A stretch of 63,534 bases of DNA, the filler included, from Nemertoderma westbladi (lineage: Eukaryota; Animalia; Xenacoelomorpha): the NCBI GenBank assembly GCA_032718475.1. It is 5 parts of 5 records of this genome, joined end to end, with 100 filler letters (N's around TTAATTAATTAA, not from the genome) between each part and the next. Parts side by side here need not be neighbours in the genome. Positions count along the whole stretch, not along the records: positions 1 to 17,668 come from JAUCBJ010008340.1; 4 more parts are not named here. One strand, given 5' to 3'. This document shows, one piece after another, positions 1 through 11,220 of this stretch. How positions within the stretch are numbered: the first letter of the stretch is position 1; each line of letters starts with the position of its first letter. Position numbers and translations under genes: made by a program. The notes beneath the pieces were generated by a model that saw only the letters and a program-made list of their open reading frames with translations, ran no database searches and had not been told where the DNA came from.

Positions 1-1
1 C

Positions 2-1342
2 GAGCTGGAGGTAGAACCCACGGACCGCCTCTACTCCCTGGACGTAGTGAGTTTATTCACTAATGTTCCACTCAAGGAGGCGGTGCAGCTTGCTGCTGAT
101 CTACTGTACGAGCAACATCCTGACCAGCCTATCAACAAGGACCAATTTATTCGTCTTATGTTGGTTGCTACACAGGATGTTGTATTCCTGGATCACCGTG
201 GTAACTACCGTTGTCAGAGGGATGGTGTCGCCATGGGCTCCCCTTTGGGTCCCATACTCGCCAACATCTTTCTGTCACAGTTCGATGAGCAGATCGCGGC
301 GGGTACCAAGCTTAGCGATAGGTACGTTGATGACGTGTTTAGCGTTGGTAGTAATGACCCCACTGAGAAGCTGAGAGAGGTCAATGCCCTCCACCCCAAT
401 CTTAAGTTTACACTTGAGTTGGAGGAACAGGGCCGCTTGCCTTTCCTTGATTTGGTTGTGTCCCGTACTGACCACGCGCTTGCGACGGCGTGGTACCGCA
501 AGCCTACAGATACCGGGCTTGTTCTTAATGCTACTGCGTGTGCCCCTGAGGCATACAAACGGGGGGTAGTTCGTGGAATGTTTCATCGCATTTTCAACGT
601 CAGTAAGGGCGGGGATGGCTCCCAGCTCCTTTCTGCAATTGGCGAAGCTAACACCATTCTTAGCAATAACCAATATACGAATGCGATGATTCAACGCGAG
701 CTTACCGCCGTCCGTGCCGCTAGGGGGCGTCCTGGCAATTGTAGTGAGAGCGAGGTGACTGCGGTTGCACCCACTGAGGTCATTGACCTGGTGGATCCAG
801 CACCCGTAGATAATCCCAGGCCTATCATCTGTAAGTTTGAGTACCGCGGTCGGGCTACCGAACTTTTCGTTCGTAGGCTACGTGGTCTAGTACCGAGATC
901 TTGCGCACGGCCAGTGCGGTTTGTTTACACAACTGCCAAACTGCGCCAATCACTGCCATCATTGAAACATCCGGTTCCCGATATTCTGGCTTCTAACGTC
1001 GTGTATTCATTTGCTTGTCCCTCTTGTAAGGGGGAATATGTTGGACATACCATCCAACACTTATTTGAACGCGTTAGACAGCATCAAGACGGGTCGGCCA
1101 ATGATGGTAGTGAACAAGGCAAGACAGTTCACAACCATATCATGACGCACCGCGGGGAGCCCAACACACGTTGGTTGACCGACTGGCGAGAGTTGTTCAA
1201 ACACTTCAAGGTTATTGCACGGCACCCTTTGCGTCCTGTCCTGCAAAAACTAGAAATGTTTTATATACGCACTCGCCAGCCAGCTATTAATAAGCAGAAA
1301 CGTGATTGGCGCAAGTTTGAGGTGCTGCTTCCCAGTGGTTAG
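2..1342 (+). mobile_element. Penelope-like retroelement ORF (RT + GIY-YIG endonuclease), 5' end outside the window
   Basis: The frame is open from the window start. RT motifs LDVVSLFT, QRDGVAMGSPLGP and RYVDD, then LPFLDL and YRKPT. C-terminal VVYSFACPSC-x3-YVGHT...ERVRQH...LE...P-AIN is the PLE GIY-YIG domain with CxxC. No stops. Confidence 0.93.
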
Positions 1343-1420
1343 ACGGATACACTTCTACCTTGTTTCACTTTACCGTCCCGTCTCCCTTGGGAACTTCTAT
1401 CTATTGTCTCCTTTCTAGCA

Positions 1421-1488
1421 CTAGCTACTTGAGAAAGCCCCCATTGGGGCGAAACCTACTGATCAGCTGACAGCCGTCAGCTGATTAC
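1421..1488 (+). ncRNA. Partial hammerhead-ribozyme motif in the Penelope 3' region
   Basis: TTGAGAA (1429-1435, U3/A8 core variant), A, stem II GCCCC-catt-GGGGC, GAAAC, followed by the hairpin GATCAGCTGAC-agcc-GTCAGCTGATT. I could not assign a canonical NUH site or stem I 3' strand. Confidence 0.45.
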
Positions 1489-1751
1489 TGATTGCATGCA
1501 ACGTCTAATGGTCAGTTGCTTTTTTATTTTAGTATTTGTATCGTACTGTACTGGCATACCTACCGGTAAGGTTTTTTACTTCAGCTTGACAATTAAAGAA
1601 TAAAATAAATTTAGAATAACAATTGTTATCTGGAAAATCTACTTTTTATCACTAAAATTTGAAGAAAACAGTGCAAGAGAAACTACTGTTTTCGCTCACT
1701 ACGCAGTACTTTCTATTTTTAATACTTGGCAGTGTTGACAGAAGGTCCGAA

Positions 1752-1823
1752 AGTTTAGTACAGTTGGTAGAGCGTAGAAGGTTTTGGTTATTATTAATTG
1801 GGTTCGAGACACGGCCGCAGCAG
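1752..1823 (+). other. Degenerate tRNA-derived sequence (probable SINE head)
   Basis: A-box-like TAGTACAGTTGGTAGAGCG and B-box-like GGTTCGAGAC at tRNA-like spacing. No acceptor stem or anticodon arm. Confidence 0.4.
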
Positions 1824-2579
1824 TTATTTTTATAAATTCAAATCTTGAAAATTCTTACAAATGTGGTGATATAATCACGACTCAGGGTTTATGTTGAAAG
1901 ATCCTCCGAATAACGCATTACAAACCTGTAGGCTGTAGAACCTGATGAGAAGGAATGCAAATGTAATGTTATATTATTTTTAAGATAAATTATATAATAG
2001 TCTATTCAATAAAAAAAACGTGTCCTTTTAATACTACAATTAAACAAATAATCCTTTTCCCTAATTTCTCTTAATTAAACCGTTTTCTCTTAACGGTGAG
2101 TTAAATATGTAATAAGTAAACAGTATGAAGGTGCACTCCATATCGAATAGGGTCAGTTGATATAATTTTTCGCTTTACTGAATACAACATTATCATAAAT
2201 TCTGATATGCTGCCCTCGTGTCTGGGAAGGAGATGGACATAGGATACGATACAATACGAATGATATTATCCTGTCCCTACCTCGTGTATTGGGTTTTGAA
2301 CTTGATGGCGTTTTAGCACTCGCTTCGCTCGATATAAAATCCTTCCAAAGACAGTATTTTAAGTAGAAATTTCAAGGTGATAATAATGGTCCAGCTCGCC
2401 TGGCTTTTATTTTGATAAAATAAATTTATTATTATTATTATATTTTATTCTGATTCGCCTTAATTAGTGTCAATGTCTGTAATAATATGTCTTATGTCTG
2501 TATTTTGACATTTGTTCCGCTGGTGCAATAATATTGCAACCGTAGTAATCGATTTAGTGGGGGTAGAAATTATCAAAAC

Positions 2580-3237
2580 TAGTGCTGCCAACTGAAATCT
2601 AACTGAAAATGTTTTTGGCATTTTTTTCTGAACTGGAACTAGAGCTGAATTCCCTAACATTTAAAACTGAAATTAATTTATAAATTGTAAATAAATAGAC
2701 TAATACTCCTGGTATAATTCTTGAATTTTGTTTATAAATAAAGAATAAATAATGTAATAAATATGTATTGGAGAGTATAATTTTTTACTATTTTCAATAA
2801 TTGCTGTAGCGGCGAGTTGTGACAAAGGACAAATGACAAAGGAATATCGGAATTTCGGTAGAAACTATTTATTGCATGAAAATAAAGTAGTGCTTTACGT
2901 TTCTGTGGCTCCGAGATGAGTGAATTACCCGAGCGGCGAGTCAATTATACGGTAAGGTTTATAAGGGAAAAATAATTATTTTTATTTTAAAATAATACGT
3001 AAATTTTCAAAGTTACTGCCTAACGAGGGTCCCGGCATCTCTTTATATGTATTTTAAGTTAATTTTTAGATTTATTTAGTAGCAAAATACTTGTGACTAA
3101 CTAAACCTGAAACTATTTTTGGGAATTCAACTGAAATAAACTGGTTTATTCGAACTGAAACTGATCTGAATAGTGAAATTCTGACCGAATAGTCAATTCC
3201 AAGTGTCTAATTGGTTAAATTTCAGTTCGCAGCCCTA
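2580..3237. mobile_element. hAT-like MITE
   Basis: Imperfect 25-bp TIRs: TAGTGCTGCCAACTGAAATCTAACT vs reverse complement TAGGGCTGCGAACTGAAATTTAACC. Internal AACTGAA subterminal repeats. The TSD is degenerate. Confidence 0.55.
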
Positions 3238-3289
3238 ATAAAATACGTTAGTGGAGCCTTTGTGCAGCACGAGACTCGGTTAACCTGAG

Positions 3290-3885
3290 CAGCTGTAATC
3301 CGAGGAACTGACAGACAGTCTGATTTTTTAACAATCTTCAGATTCTTCCTAAACTTTTGACGGACTATACATACGTGCCAAGTTTGGTTTGGGGGGGGGG
3401 AGGGGAGGGGGGGGGGGGGGGGTGGGTTGTTAATCCACTATAACTAAACTTTTAGCTAGATGGTGTGACCTTTTCTTATATTTGACGGGCATATTGTAGG
3501 ATAGTACGATAGACCGACATACAGACAAACTAGATTTCATTAAAAGTGAAAACTGACCTCAGAAATGATATCAGCGACCAGGAAAACCCCCCATGGCAAA
3601 AATCTTAGCATGGTTTTGTGCTTTCTTTTTTGCTAGATATAATTGACAGACATTTTTTGCGCGGGAAGGTTCAAACTTTAAAGATAATTATCTCAGAATG
3701 ACAATTTTCATTTTTAAAACACTACTCCTCCGCCATTTTCAACAAAATCACATGATTTTAAGATCATTCGAAAGGGTTTCGGCAGTTCTTTAACATTTAT
3801 CTTATAGAATTTCGAAAAAATTTTATATTTCATGTAATAGAAATGGTACCCCTTTGCTTAGTTCGCTCACTTCGTGGCTCGCCAC
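3290..3885. mobile_element. Copy of a dispersed Helentron/DINE-1-like non-autonomous family
   Basis: Blocks ACCAGGAAAACC..TTAGCATG and TTTTGCGCGGGAAGGTT...AACACTACT..CGCCATTTT recur at ~18780-18975 (+) and ~33865-34080 (-), and partly at ~15275-15340 (-). Associated with GTCY/GACA microsatellite pieces. The class assignment is inference. Confidence 0.45.
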
Positions 3886-4620
3886 ACACGTAAAGTAAAG
3901 TGATTAGTTTTTAAGATATTTGGATTTCTAGACGACCGCCATTATAATTGTTCACATTTGTTTTATAGTGTATATACATTCGGCTAACAAGTTATTAATT
4001 ATTAAATTTAAATTATTACCAATAATTCTACGAATTAACAAACTGACACATCATGTAATGTGTAAACATTAGGGTGTTTGTTAGAAATAATATTCAATAC
4101 ACAACGGTGATATTATATTTATGACATAACAGTGAACTTATAGCATAAAATCAAGTTTACATTATGTAAATTGTAATAAATAGACTCGTCGTGGTTTGTT
4201 TTTATTATTTAATAACAAAATACAACATTTCATTCGCATTCACCAATACACGTGGACTTTCTGCTTTAAGCGATTAAATTTATCAACCCAAAATACTGGT
4301 TACTGTTGTAGTAGTAAGTGTAAATATCGCTTACGACGTTTACAAAACCAATTAAAAAACACGACGTGAGCAAATTTAATTACACAGATTACAGACCCAA
4401 TGTGTATGGTGGCATCTGGTGGCATTTCCGGCTGCATTTAATTTAAATTGCATATCACATTAATAGCGACACCTAAACATATCCAGCAGTAGTAGGTAGG
4501 CTGTGGATATTCATAGCGCTAAACCGAGGTCTTACAAGGGCTAAATCTAAAGACTATTATTATTAAGCGTAATTAACAGAAATTAAATATAAATCAATAA
4601 AATATTAAAAATAAATTATT

Positions 4621-6864
4621 TTATTTTCCTATTTGTGTTTTCTGTCGGGATGTTTCCATTGGTGGAGGAAGGCTGGTATCATCTAGATGGACTTCTATTG
4701 TCTGGGTAATGGGAGGTTGAGTTGCGGGCTGCTTAATGGCGCGCATTGATTGGTCAGTAACCGGTAACGTATTTGATTCCTCTTCATCGTCTTCTATTGC
4801 ACTCTCCTTCTGCAGTAAATCCAACAGCTCCATCATCTGCTCGCTGCTAATCTTAAAATCATATTCCCCAATCAATTCGATTGCCTTGAGAACCTCTTCC
4901 ATGTGGATGATACCGTCGTGGTCAACATCCAAGGTCTTTGTGATGCCGCGAATCTGTTCCTCTGTGAGACTGGAGACGTTCCTTAACGATTCAGCCAACT
5001 CATCTACCGAGCACACTTCGTGCAACTTATCTTCGACTTTGCGTTGTATCTCTTCCCTAGTAGATCCAGACATTTCATCCTGCTTCTCAATCTCCGAGAC
5101 AACTCTCTCCAGTTTACTAATGAGTTTCCCGACTTTGTTGCCTAACTTAATGGAAACATTTCTTTCTGTCAACAGATCCGTATCGTCTTTCATCATCAAC
5201 TCGCTCTTCAACTCGCCTAAATCTTCCTGGTATTCCTCCACATCCTCTTTCAGCTCCTCCAACTCTTCTCTCTCTTCACTGACTAATTTACCAATCTTTT
5301 TATCACTAATATCATCGAGAGCTGTCTCGACTTCTTTTAGTATGTCCTTATCGATCTCGTCTTGTACAACTTTTGCAACTTCAGCGTCTTCCTCAACTAC
5401 CAATTTATCCTTCTCTTCCAAGGCGATAGCCATCTCTTCCTCTTTCACCAGTTGTAACCTCTCAGCGGGATCGCCGACCTCGCCTTCTAACTCAGACACC
5501 TTGACGTGCGCCTCTGCGGTCACCTTATCGCTCAGACCCCCTATTGTTGCACCGATTTGTTGGAAAACGGGCAGCTCCTCTGGGAGGTAGAGAGCTCGGG
5601 ATAGCAGTAGTAAACTGGTGGGTAGACGGTGATCTAGATGCAGTTGGATCCATTGATCCAGTTGGGACTCCAGTCGGTGTCTCAGCATCCCTACAGCGCG
5701 CATCCCACGGGCCATACATGCCGATATCAACTCGCTCTCTGTCAAGGATTCGATGCCTTCTTTCTGTATCATTAAATCGTCCGCATGCAACTTCCTGAGC
5801 GCGAGTTTCATACGAAACTTTAGCATGGTGTCGGTTCCCAATGAGGAAACATTCAATATGTTACACAAGGCACGTAATTGGCTCCTAGTTAGATTATCTA
5901 AGGTGAGTTCATCTTCGAATAACTGCGAGAATCGAAGTATTTCGTCTATAGAAACTTCTGCACCGGTTGTTCGAACTCTCTGTATGAAAGAAACGAATTC
6001 CTCTGCGGTTTTACTTTTCTTTTTAGACAACAGCGGCATTTGTTCCAGTGTGTCCTGTAGGAGTTTCGCATATTTTAACTTGACCATCAATTGGGCACGT
6101 TTTCTCTTTTCTCTATCGGATGCCGTCTGGAAGGTGCTGGGAAGCGCATTGGGGAATAAGTAAAGGTAAACGGGAATCGCGAGTTCCATAAAGGGAATAA
6201 TAATAAAAGGAAGAAATGGCAGCATCCGAATAACGTCGGCGGCAGTTCGAGTCATCTGGGTGTATTCTCGACGAGTCAAACTCTTCCCTCCCATAACCTT
6301 TTTCGCGTGTTTATAGAAGATATGTATCTCAACACCCAGCAGTTTGAAACCGTTCCAGTAGTGGATTATTACGTTTTTTATCAATAGATAAAAGTGGGCC
6401 AATATGTCATATACAATTCTATCGGAGTTCAGTAGGATATGTCGAACTTTGGATCCCTCCCAGAACTGAGTGAATGATCTAGTAATGCGACCAGTAGTCA
6501 TGGGTTTGGATTGATGGTCTGTGAGTTTCTCCACCTTACGCTTATCCCTTTCTTCCTTTAATTTAAGATGTTCCGTGGTTCTCTCTACTTTAGATTTTCC
6601 TTCTTCGCGACAAATTGAATTTGTATGAATGTATCCCTGGGCGAGTATTTTTACGAATATTGAATTAATGTCTAAGAGAATTCTATTTCGTGAAATATTC
6701 GTATGAGTTAAGTTATAGTTTAATTTTGGGTTTTTGTTTGGTGAAGTTCTGTATATTGAGAAAGAGTTAAGCAGAGCGCCATGTTCGGAGACTTTTATCT
6801 TTTTAAGTAATTGCGTCCGCGTCCTGTGTCGTCGGCAACTACGGAATGCCAATAGTTGATACAT
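4621..6864 (-). CDS. LETM1: LETM1 mitochondrial inner-membrane ion exchanger, uninterrupted CDS, 747 aa
   Basis: Basic N-terminal presequence, HYWNGFKLL, LTRRE..RT.AD..R, TM segment LPFLPFIIIPFMEL..P, FPNALPSTF, LFEDELTLDNL, AC.ARGMR, coiled coil and EF-hand DVDHDGIIHMEE. Confidence 0.95.
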   Translation of the reverse strand: MYQLLAFRSCRRHRTRTQLLKKIKVSEHGALLNSFSIYRTSPNKNPKLNYNLTHTNISRNRILLDINSIFVKILAQGYIHTNSICREEGKSKVERTTEHLKLKEERDKRKVEKLTDHQSKPMTTGRITRSFTQFWEGSKVRHILLNSDRIVYDILAHFYLLIKNVIIHYWNGFKLLGVEIHIFYKHAKKVMGGKSLTRREYTQMTRTAADVIRMLPFLPFIIIPFMELAIPVYLYLFPNALPSTFQTASDREKRKRAQLMVKLKYAKLLQDTLEQMPLLSKKKSKTAEEFVSFIQRVRTTGAEVSIDEILRFSQLFEDELTLDNLTRSQLRALCNILNVSSLGTDTMLKFRMKLALRKLHADDLMIQKEGIESLTESELISACMARGMRAVGMLRHRLESQLDQWIQLHLDHRLPTSLLLLSRALYLPEELPVFQQIGATIGGLSDKVTAEAHVKVSELEGEVGDPAERLQLVKEEEMAIALEEKDKLVVEEDAEVAKVVQDEIDKDILKEVETALDDISDKKIGKLVSEEREELEELKEDVEEYQEDLGELKSELMMKDDTDLLTERNVSIKLGNKVGKLISKLERVVSEIEKQDEMSGSTREEIQRKVEDKLHEVCSVDELAESLRNVSSLTEEQIRGITKTLDVDHDGIIHMEEVLKAIELIGEYDFKISSEQMMELLDLLQKESAIEDDEEESNTLPVTDQSMRAIKQPATQPPITQTIEVHLDDTSLPPPMETSRQKTQIGK

Positions 6865-7278
6865 TGTTGTTGTTTTCGTTTTTAAACCTCGGAATTAGCT
6901 GAAGAGAAGATGTTATAGTACCAGAACTGTAGAATGCAGCAGACGCAGACCCAGAGACCCGGCCGCCCGCTCACGCCCGGCGCCCAGGAAATGTGTATGT
7001 AGGTACATAGGTCAGTAGGTAGGTATCCCAATGATAGAACAGTTCAGCAGTATAGCTAATACTGTAATACTGTAATATACAGATATATCTATAAAATGGT
7101 TATGTGGGAGTTGGCCTACCGGTATTTATTGTATAGGCCTACGCTACCTCTGTACCTCTTGTGGTAGAGTACTGGAGTAGCGGTTGGTACCTATTGTCTA
7201 TTGACCTATATCAGTATATTGTGTCCAGATGTCAGAAACAACAATACAACACACGGCTACCCGTATATCATATATCGG

Positions 7279-7555
7279 TACCGGTAATAAAATTGCCAAT
7301 TGGGGTGTCGTTTCAGCCTATTTTAACATATTAACTTAATTTCGCGAATATTTAATTTCGATATTCACCATTTAAGGTACCTTTTAACGGAAAGTAACAG
7401 GTTAATGGCAGGCTTTTCAAACCAAAACAATAAACTAAATTAAGGAACACATTTTACATAAGAAAAATTTACTTCTAGGCACTAATTTTTCTACATTTAT
7501 TTAACATTAACCCTATGAGAGACGACACCCCAATTGGCTTTTTTGCGTACCGGTA
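7279..7555. mobile_element. MITE (Tc1/mariner-like TA ends)
   Basis: TACCGGTA at both ends, with inverted repeat GCCAATTGGGGTGTCGT / ACGACACCCCAATTGGC. Confidence 0.65.
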
Positions 7556-8048
7556 ACATACCAGTTATAGCTTTATCACATGCCTGTTTGTAGTAGGCAG
7601 TAGATACTGTGCGGTACGCTCAGTTTCTGTATATTTTTAATTTCTTTCAAGAAATGAAACTCTAGCGGCTTTATTTATCCTGTTAAGCACCTGTGCGCCC
7701 CTACCTGGTTGTAGCTGTAGGGTATTACTAGTGACTGACTGGCAATGGTTCACCCTGGCTCATGATTAACTGTCATGTACCCCTGACCATGGGAAAATCA
7801 TGCAAATAACAGCTGTTTGCTACCAAAATTAATACTGTAACCTGTTCGCCGTTCTATTGCCTTTATATTATTGTTTCGATTAGAATAACGTGCCACTGAA
7901 CTCTGCTCCTTTCCCTTAATATATAATTTACCATTGAGACGAGATATTTATTCGCCGAGAAGGGATTTGAAAAAATCAGTTAAAATCTGTGAATATTAAA
8001 ATATAATATTATTCATTAATGTGTAACAAATTTTTTTATTATCACCAG

Positions 8049-8225
8049 GACTTGAAAGCCGAAGCCGAAGGCACTTTATCGGCCGATGGTGGTAGAGTTG
8101 AAGGTATTGTTAGCGACCAGTCAAAACAGTGGACAGCCATGAAAGTCAACCACCTCACCGAAGAATTCCAATCAAAAGAGCTCCACGCAAAGCAACTAGG
8201 TGACCAGCTGCTCAAGCTGCTTGCC
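8049..8225 (+). CDS. PLCB4: Phospholipase C-beta (beta4/NorpA-like) C-terminal domain, internal exon
   Basis: CAG|...|GTAAGT, 177 nt, phase 0. Encodes DLKAEAEG...IVSDQSKQWTAM...LLKLLA and splices in frame to the next exons. Confidence 0.8.
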
Positions 8226-8670
8226 GTAAGTAATAGATATTAATTTTACTTTCCAATGAAATGAGTGAATACCGCGTTCATACAGATAATAATGAATGTT
8301 TGTTTTGTAACGTTTTATTTTCATGTTCACAGCGTTATTTACATCTACTGTATGTTGCTTGCTTGGTAAAGGCCTGTCAATACCGGTAACGACCAATCTT
8401 GCTCAGCAACTGTCTGCGTCGTATGCATGATGATCGTATTACTTTAATTTACAACACCAAATTTTAGAATTAAGAATAAAGATGAAATCTTGAATAATGA
8501 GACAGATTCAGTACCGGACATACGTACAGTTCACCTTCATTGAACCGACCCAATTTCCTCATGTTATTTGAAACTTTCGATTCTTTAATGCAATTTTATT
8601 TAATTTGTTAAAATTTGTTAATTTATTTAATTTTATTTACTGTACTTTACACCTGCATGCAGTCTACCTG

Positions 8671-8712
8671 AATTGAGTTGATAAAGGGCTGTTGCCCGAA
8701 ATATACTCGGTT
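8671..8712 (+). ncRNA. Minimal type I hammerhead ribozyme (U3-A8 variant)
   Basis: Stem I AATTGAG/CTCGGTT (7 bp with two G-U), core TTGATAA, A, stem II GGGC-tgtt-GCCC, GAAA, TA-TA. Predicted cleavage after 8705. Preceded by a decayed stretch resembling a GIY-YIG C-terminus. Confidence 0.75.
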
Positions 8713-9050
8713 ATTTCATTTTAAATCATATTTTTGGTCACTTAGAAAAAGGTCCTTCTAAACGCACTAACTCATTGTCTATAATTTTATTTAATTGCAA
8801 AATTACACATCACTACTACTATTCTATGCCTGTGTGTACGTTACATTGAATAATATGCTAATGCGGCTTCCCCGTAAATAAAAGCGGAACTAGGTTGTAA
8901 TACGGAAGCCATTGCAACCCGAATGTAATCATTAGAGTGTTACTCGTATTGTAGCGAATAATATTCGCAACAGTAATTATTTTTAACTGATTTAAGACTG
9001 CCTGTTCAATAAAAGTAGATTAGGTGGGATAGTGAATGTCAGCGACAAGT

Positions 9051-9118
9051 GGCTGAACTGGTTAGCGCTACTGATGAGGCCGGATAGGCTGAAACGTACG
9101 TATAGCGCTGGTTCAACC
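9051..9118 (+). ncRNA. Type I hammerhead ribozyme with minimal palindromic stem III
   Basis: Stem I AGCGCTA/TAGCGCT plus distal TGAACT/GGTTCA beyond a GGTT bulge. Core CTGATGA (9071-9077), stem II GGCC-ggata-GGCT, GAAA-CGTACG-TA. GUA cleavage predicted after 9102. Confidence 0.85.
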
Positions 9119-9371
9119 CCCGGTGACGCGCTTTCTCATTTTTTCCATTTCTGAACAAAACCATAATATTACACCTTTAATTACAGTTGCATTAACAGCT
9201 CAACTCCATTTTATTTATTATTTTTAACCAAAACTTGCACAACAGTCAATATGTCCGTCCATGTTATTATATATTCTATATTATGTCTATATTATTATGT
9301 ACCGGTATATCTATCTATATTATGTGTTGAGCTATTGGGAATGTCATGATTTTTATAATCCCGTATTTTAG

Positions 9372-9506
9372 GAGGAGCAAGAAAAACAGAGGAAGTTGAT
9401 AGCTAGTCGACATGATAAAGAGACTAAAGAACTGAAGTCAGGGCAAGCCAGACAGAGTATGGAGTCCACACGATCCATACAAAACGATAAATCCATAAAG
9501 AACAAG
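9372..9506 (+). CDS. PLCB4: PLC-beta penultimate coding exon
   Basis: TTTTAG|...AAG|GTTAGT, 135 nt, phase 0. Encodes EEQEKQRKLIASRHDKETKELKSGQARQSMES...DKSIKNK. Confidence 0.85.
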
Positions 9507-9646
9507 GTTAGTGGAGTCTACAAGATCCATGTACATATCTGGTATGCTCGTTTTGTATCTAGAGTGGGACGCGTTTAGTTCGTGGTCTGTTTGTGTAATA
9601 TAAATTGTAAGTTAGCGTTGCTATAGTAACTCCTCGTTATTTGCAG

Positions 9647-9877
9647 GCGGAACGCGACCGAAGGGTCCGAGAACTGAATTCTCTGAACGCTAAAAAGTTC
9701 CTGGAGGAGCGAAAACGTTCCGCGATGAAACAGGACAAAGTGCTGGATAAACTGAGAAAGCGGCACGAAGAGCAGAAGGAGGCGGTCACCAAGGTTACTG
9801 TAGGTCTACTGGACGAGGTGCGGGAATGGTACGCCGAAGCGAAGCTATCGAGAGCGGGTGAATCCGTGGATGTGTGA
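9647..9877 (+). CDS. PLCB4: PLC-beta terminal coding exon
   Basis: TTGCAG|AERDRRVRELNSLNAKKFLEERKRSAMKQ, which matches the PLC-beta4 C-terminal signature KNKAERERRVRELN..N.KKFLEERKR.AMKQ. Ends at a TGA stop. Confidence 0.88.
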   Translation, partial: AERDRRVRELNSLNAKKFLEERKRSAMKQDKVLDKLRKRHEEQKEAVTKVTVGLLDEVREWYAEAKLSRAGESVDV

Positions 9878-11220
9878 GAGTCGTTGGGGGCGGCTGGTGG
9901 GACCCAGCGGATAGTGGCGTAGCTAGCGCTACGGAGACGTGCTAATTAGCTGGCTGTGGTTGGCCGTCGGGGGATACGAACTAGCCAGCTGGTATTATAG
10001 TTTATGTGGCTAACTCGTATCACCAACCATATTCCACCTATAGTTCGTTTGATACGACCACTAGCCGTAGCTATTATTGCTAACTATATAGTTAGATACT
10101 GTTACCGAGCTGCTGTTTTTATTACAAATCAAAGTGATTGTTGATTGGCTGTTTGTCATGGTATCCTATCCAATCCCTAATGTGGCATAATATTGATTGA
10201 TCTTCTTTTCTTATTGGTGCATTGTCGCTGCGTTCACGTTTGTTGCATCTCATTTAAAGTCATTTTTAGTCTTTCCTTTTGTCAGATCGCCACCTATTTT
10301 GTAATGAATTTGTTCTACTTATCTGTGGAAGATTCTAGGATATCAAATGGATCACTTATTGTTAAGGAGTTGGTTTAGATGATTTTATAGTTCATTCACG
10401 ACCCGTGATGATAAAGGTTTTCTCCCCCATCTTCGATGTATTTTAAACCATTCTTTACGTATAATAGAACAACCCGATACGTGAATATAACGGATTATTT
10501 TAATTTGTATCCGTGTATTTTATGATTGGCATGTGTTTAGCTTGCATTGTTATCTCTGTTCATTCTCACATATCACTTTAATTGTTGTTGCACCCACCCA
10601 TATCAAGACGCACAATAATTAACTAAATGGTGTAAATTTTGCTATTTGGTAATTAACTTCCTTTTAAATTTTATGTCGTAAACTGTTTTGTTGTGTTTTA
10701 TTTTTATTTTCAATATTGTTTAATAGACAATTTGAATATTTTAATTTAGTTACTATTTTATTATAGTTCACTAGTGCATTCGTAGATGTACTGATTGCTA
10801 AATATGAGCAGCTAGCAGGCCGTCGACTTTTGTGAAAGTGAGATGTTGAATTGTATTTTATTAGTTTCTTCAGAAAGTAAAACCGATAAAGTTACTACTG
10901 AATCCGCACGTGCGTAATTTATAATCGATATTTCAAATTGTAAAAGAGTGGATTCACAATAATGTTTTATCACAAATTCGATGTGGCTTGATCAATTATT
11001 ACGTCATTGTTTAATTAATAATCAACTTTTATTTATTCTCACCCATCCAATAGGATTAGACCTTGAAAAGTTATTTTTTTTTCGAGACTATTGAGTAGCG
11101 GGTAAATAATAGGTACCCTGGATTCGTAGCGGCTGGAAAACATTGTTTTAAGTCACCGCGCCAGAAGAGTGAGATATCACATGATTTTATATTAGTTAGT
11201 TAGCAAACTGTTCTAGATTT

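Noticed and set aside
1752-1823. Functional tRNA gene
   Set aside because: No acceptor stem or anticodon arm; kept only as a SINE-like relic.
1942-1965. CTGATGA as a hammerhead core
   Set aside because: No stem II or GAAA follows.
4736-6163. Long Ser-rich ORFs on the + strand
   Set aside because: In-register antisense shadows of the Glu/Lys-rich LETM1 CDS.
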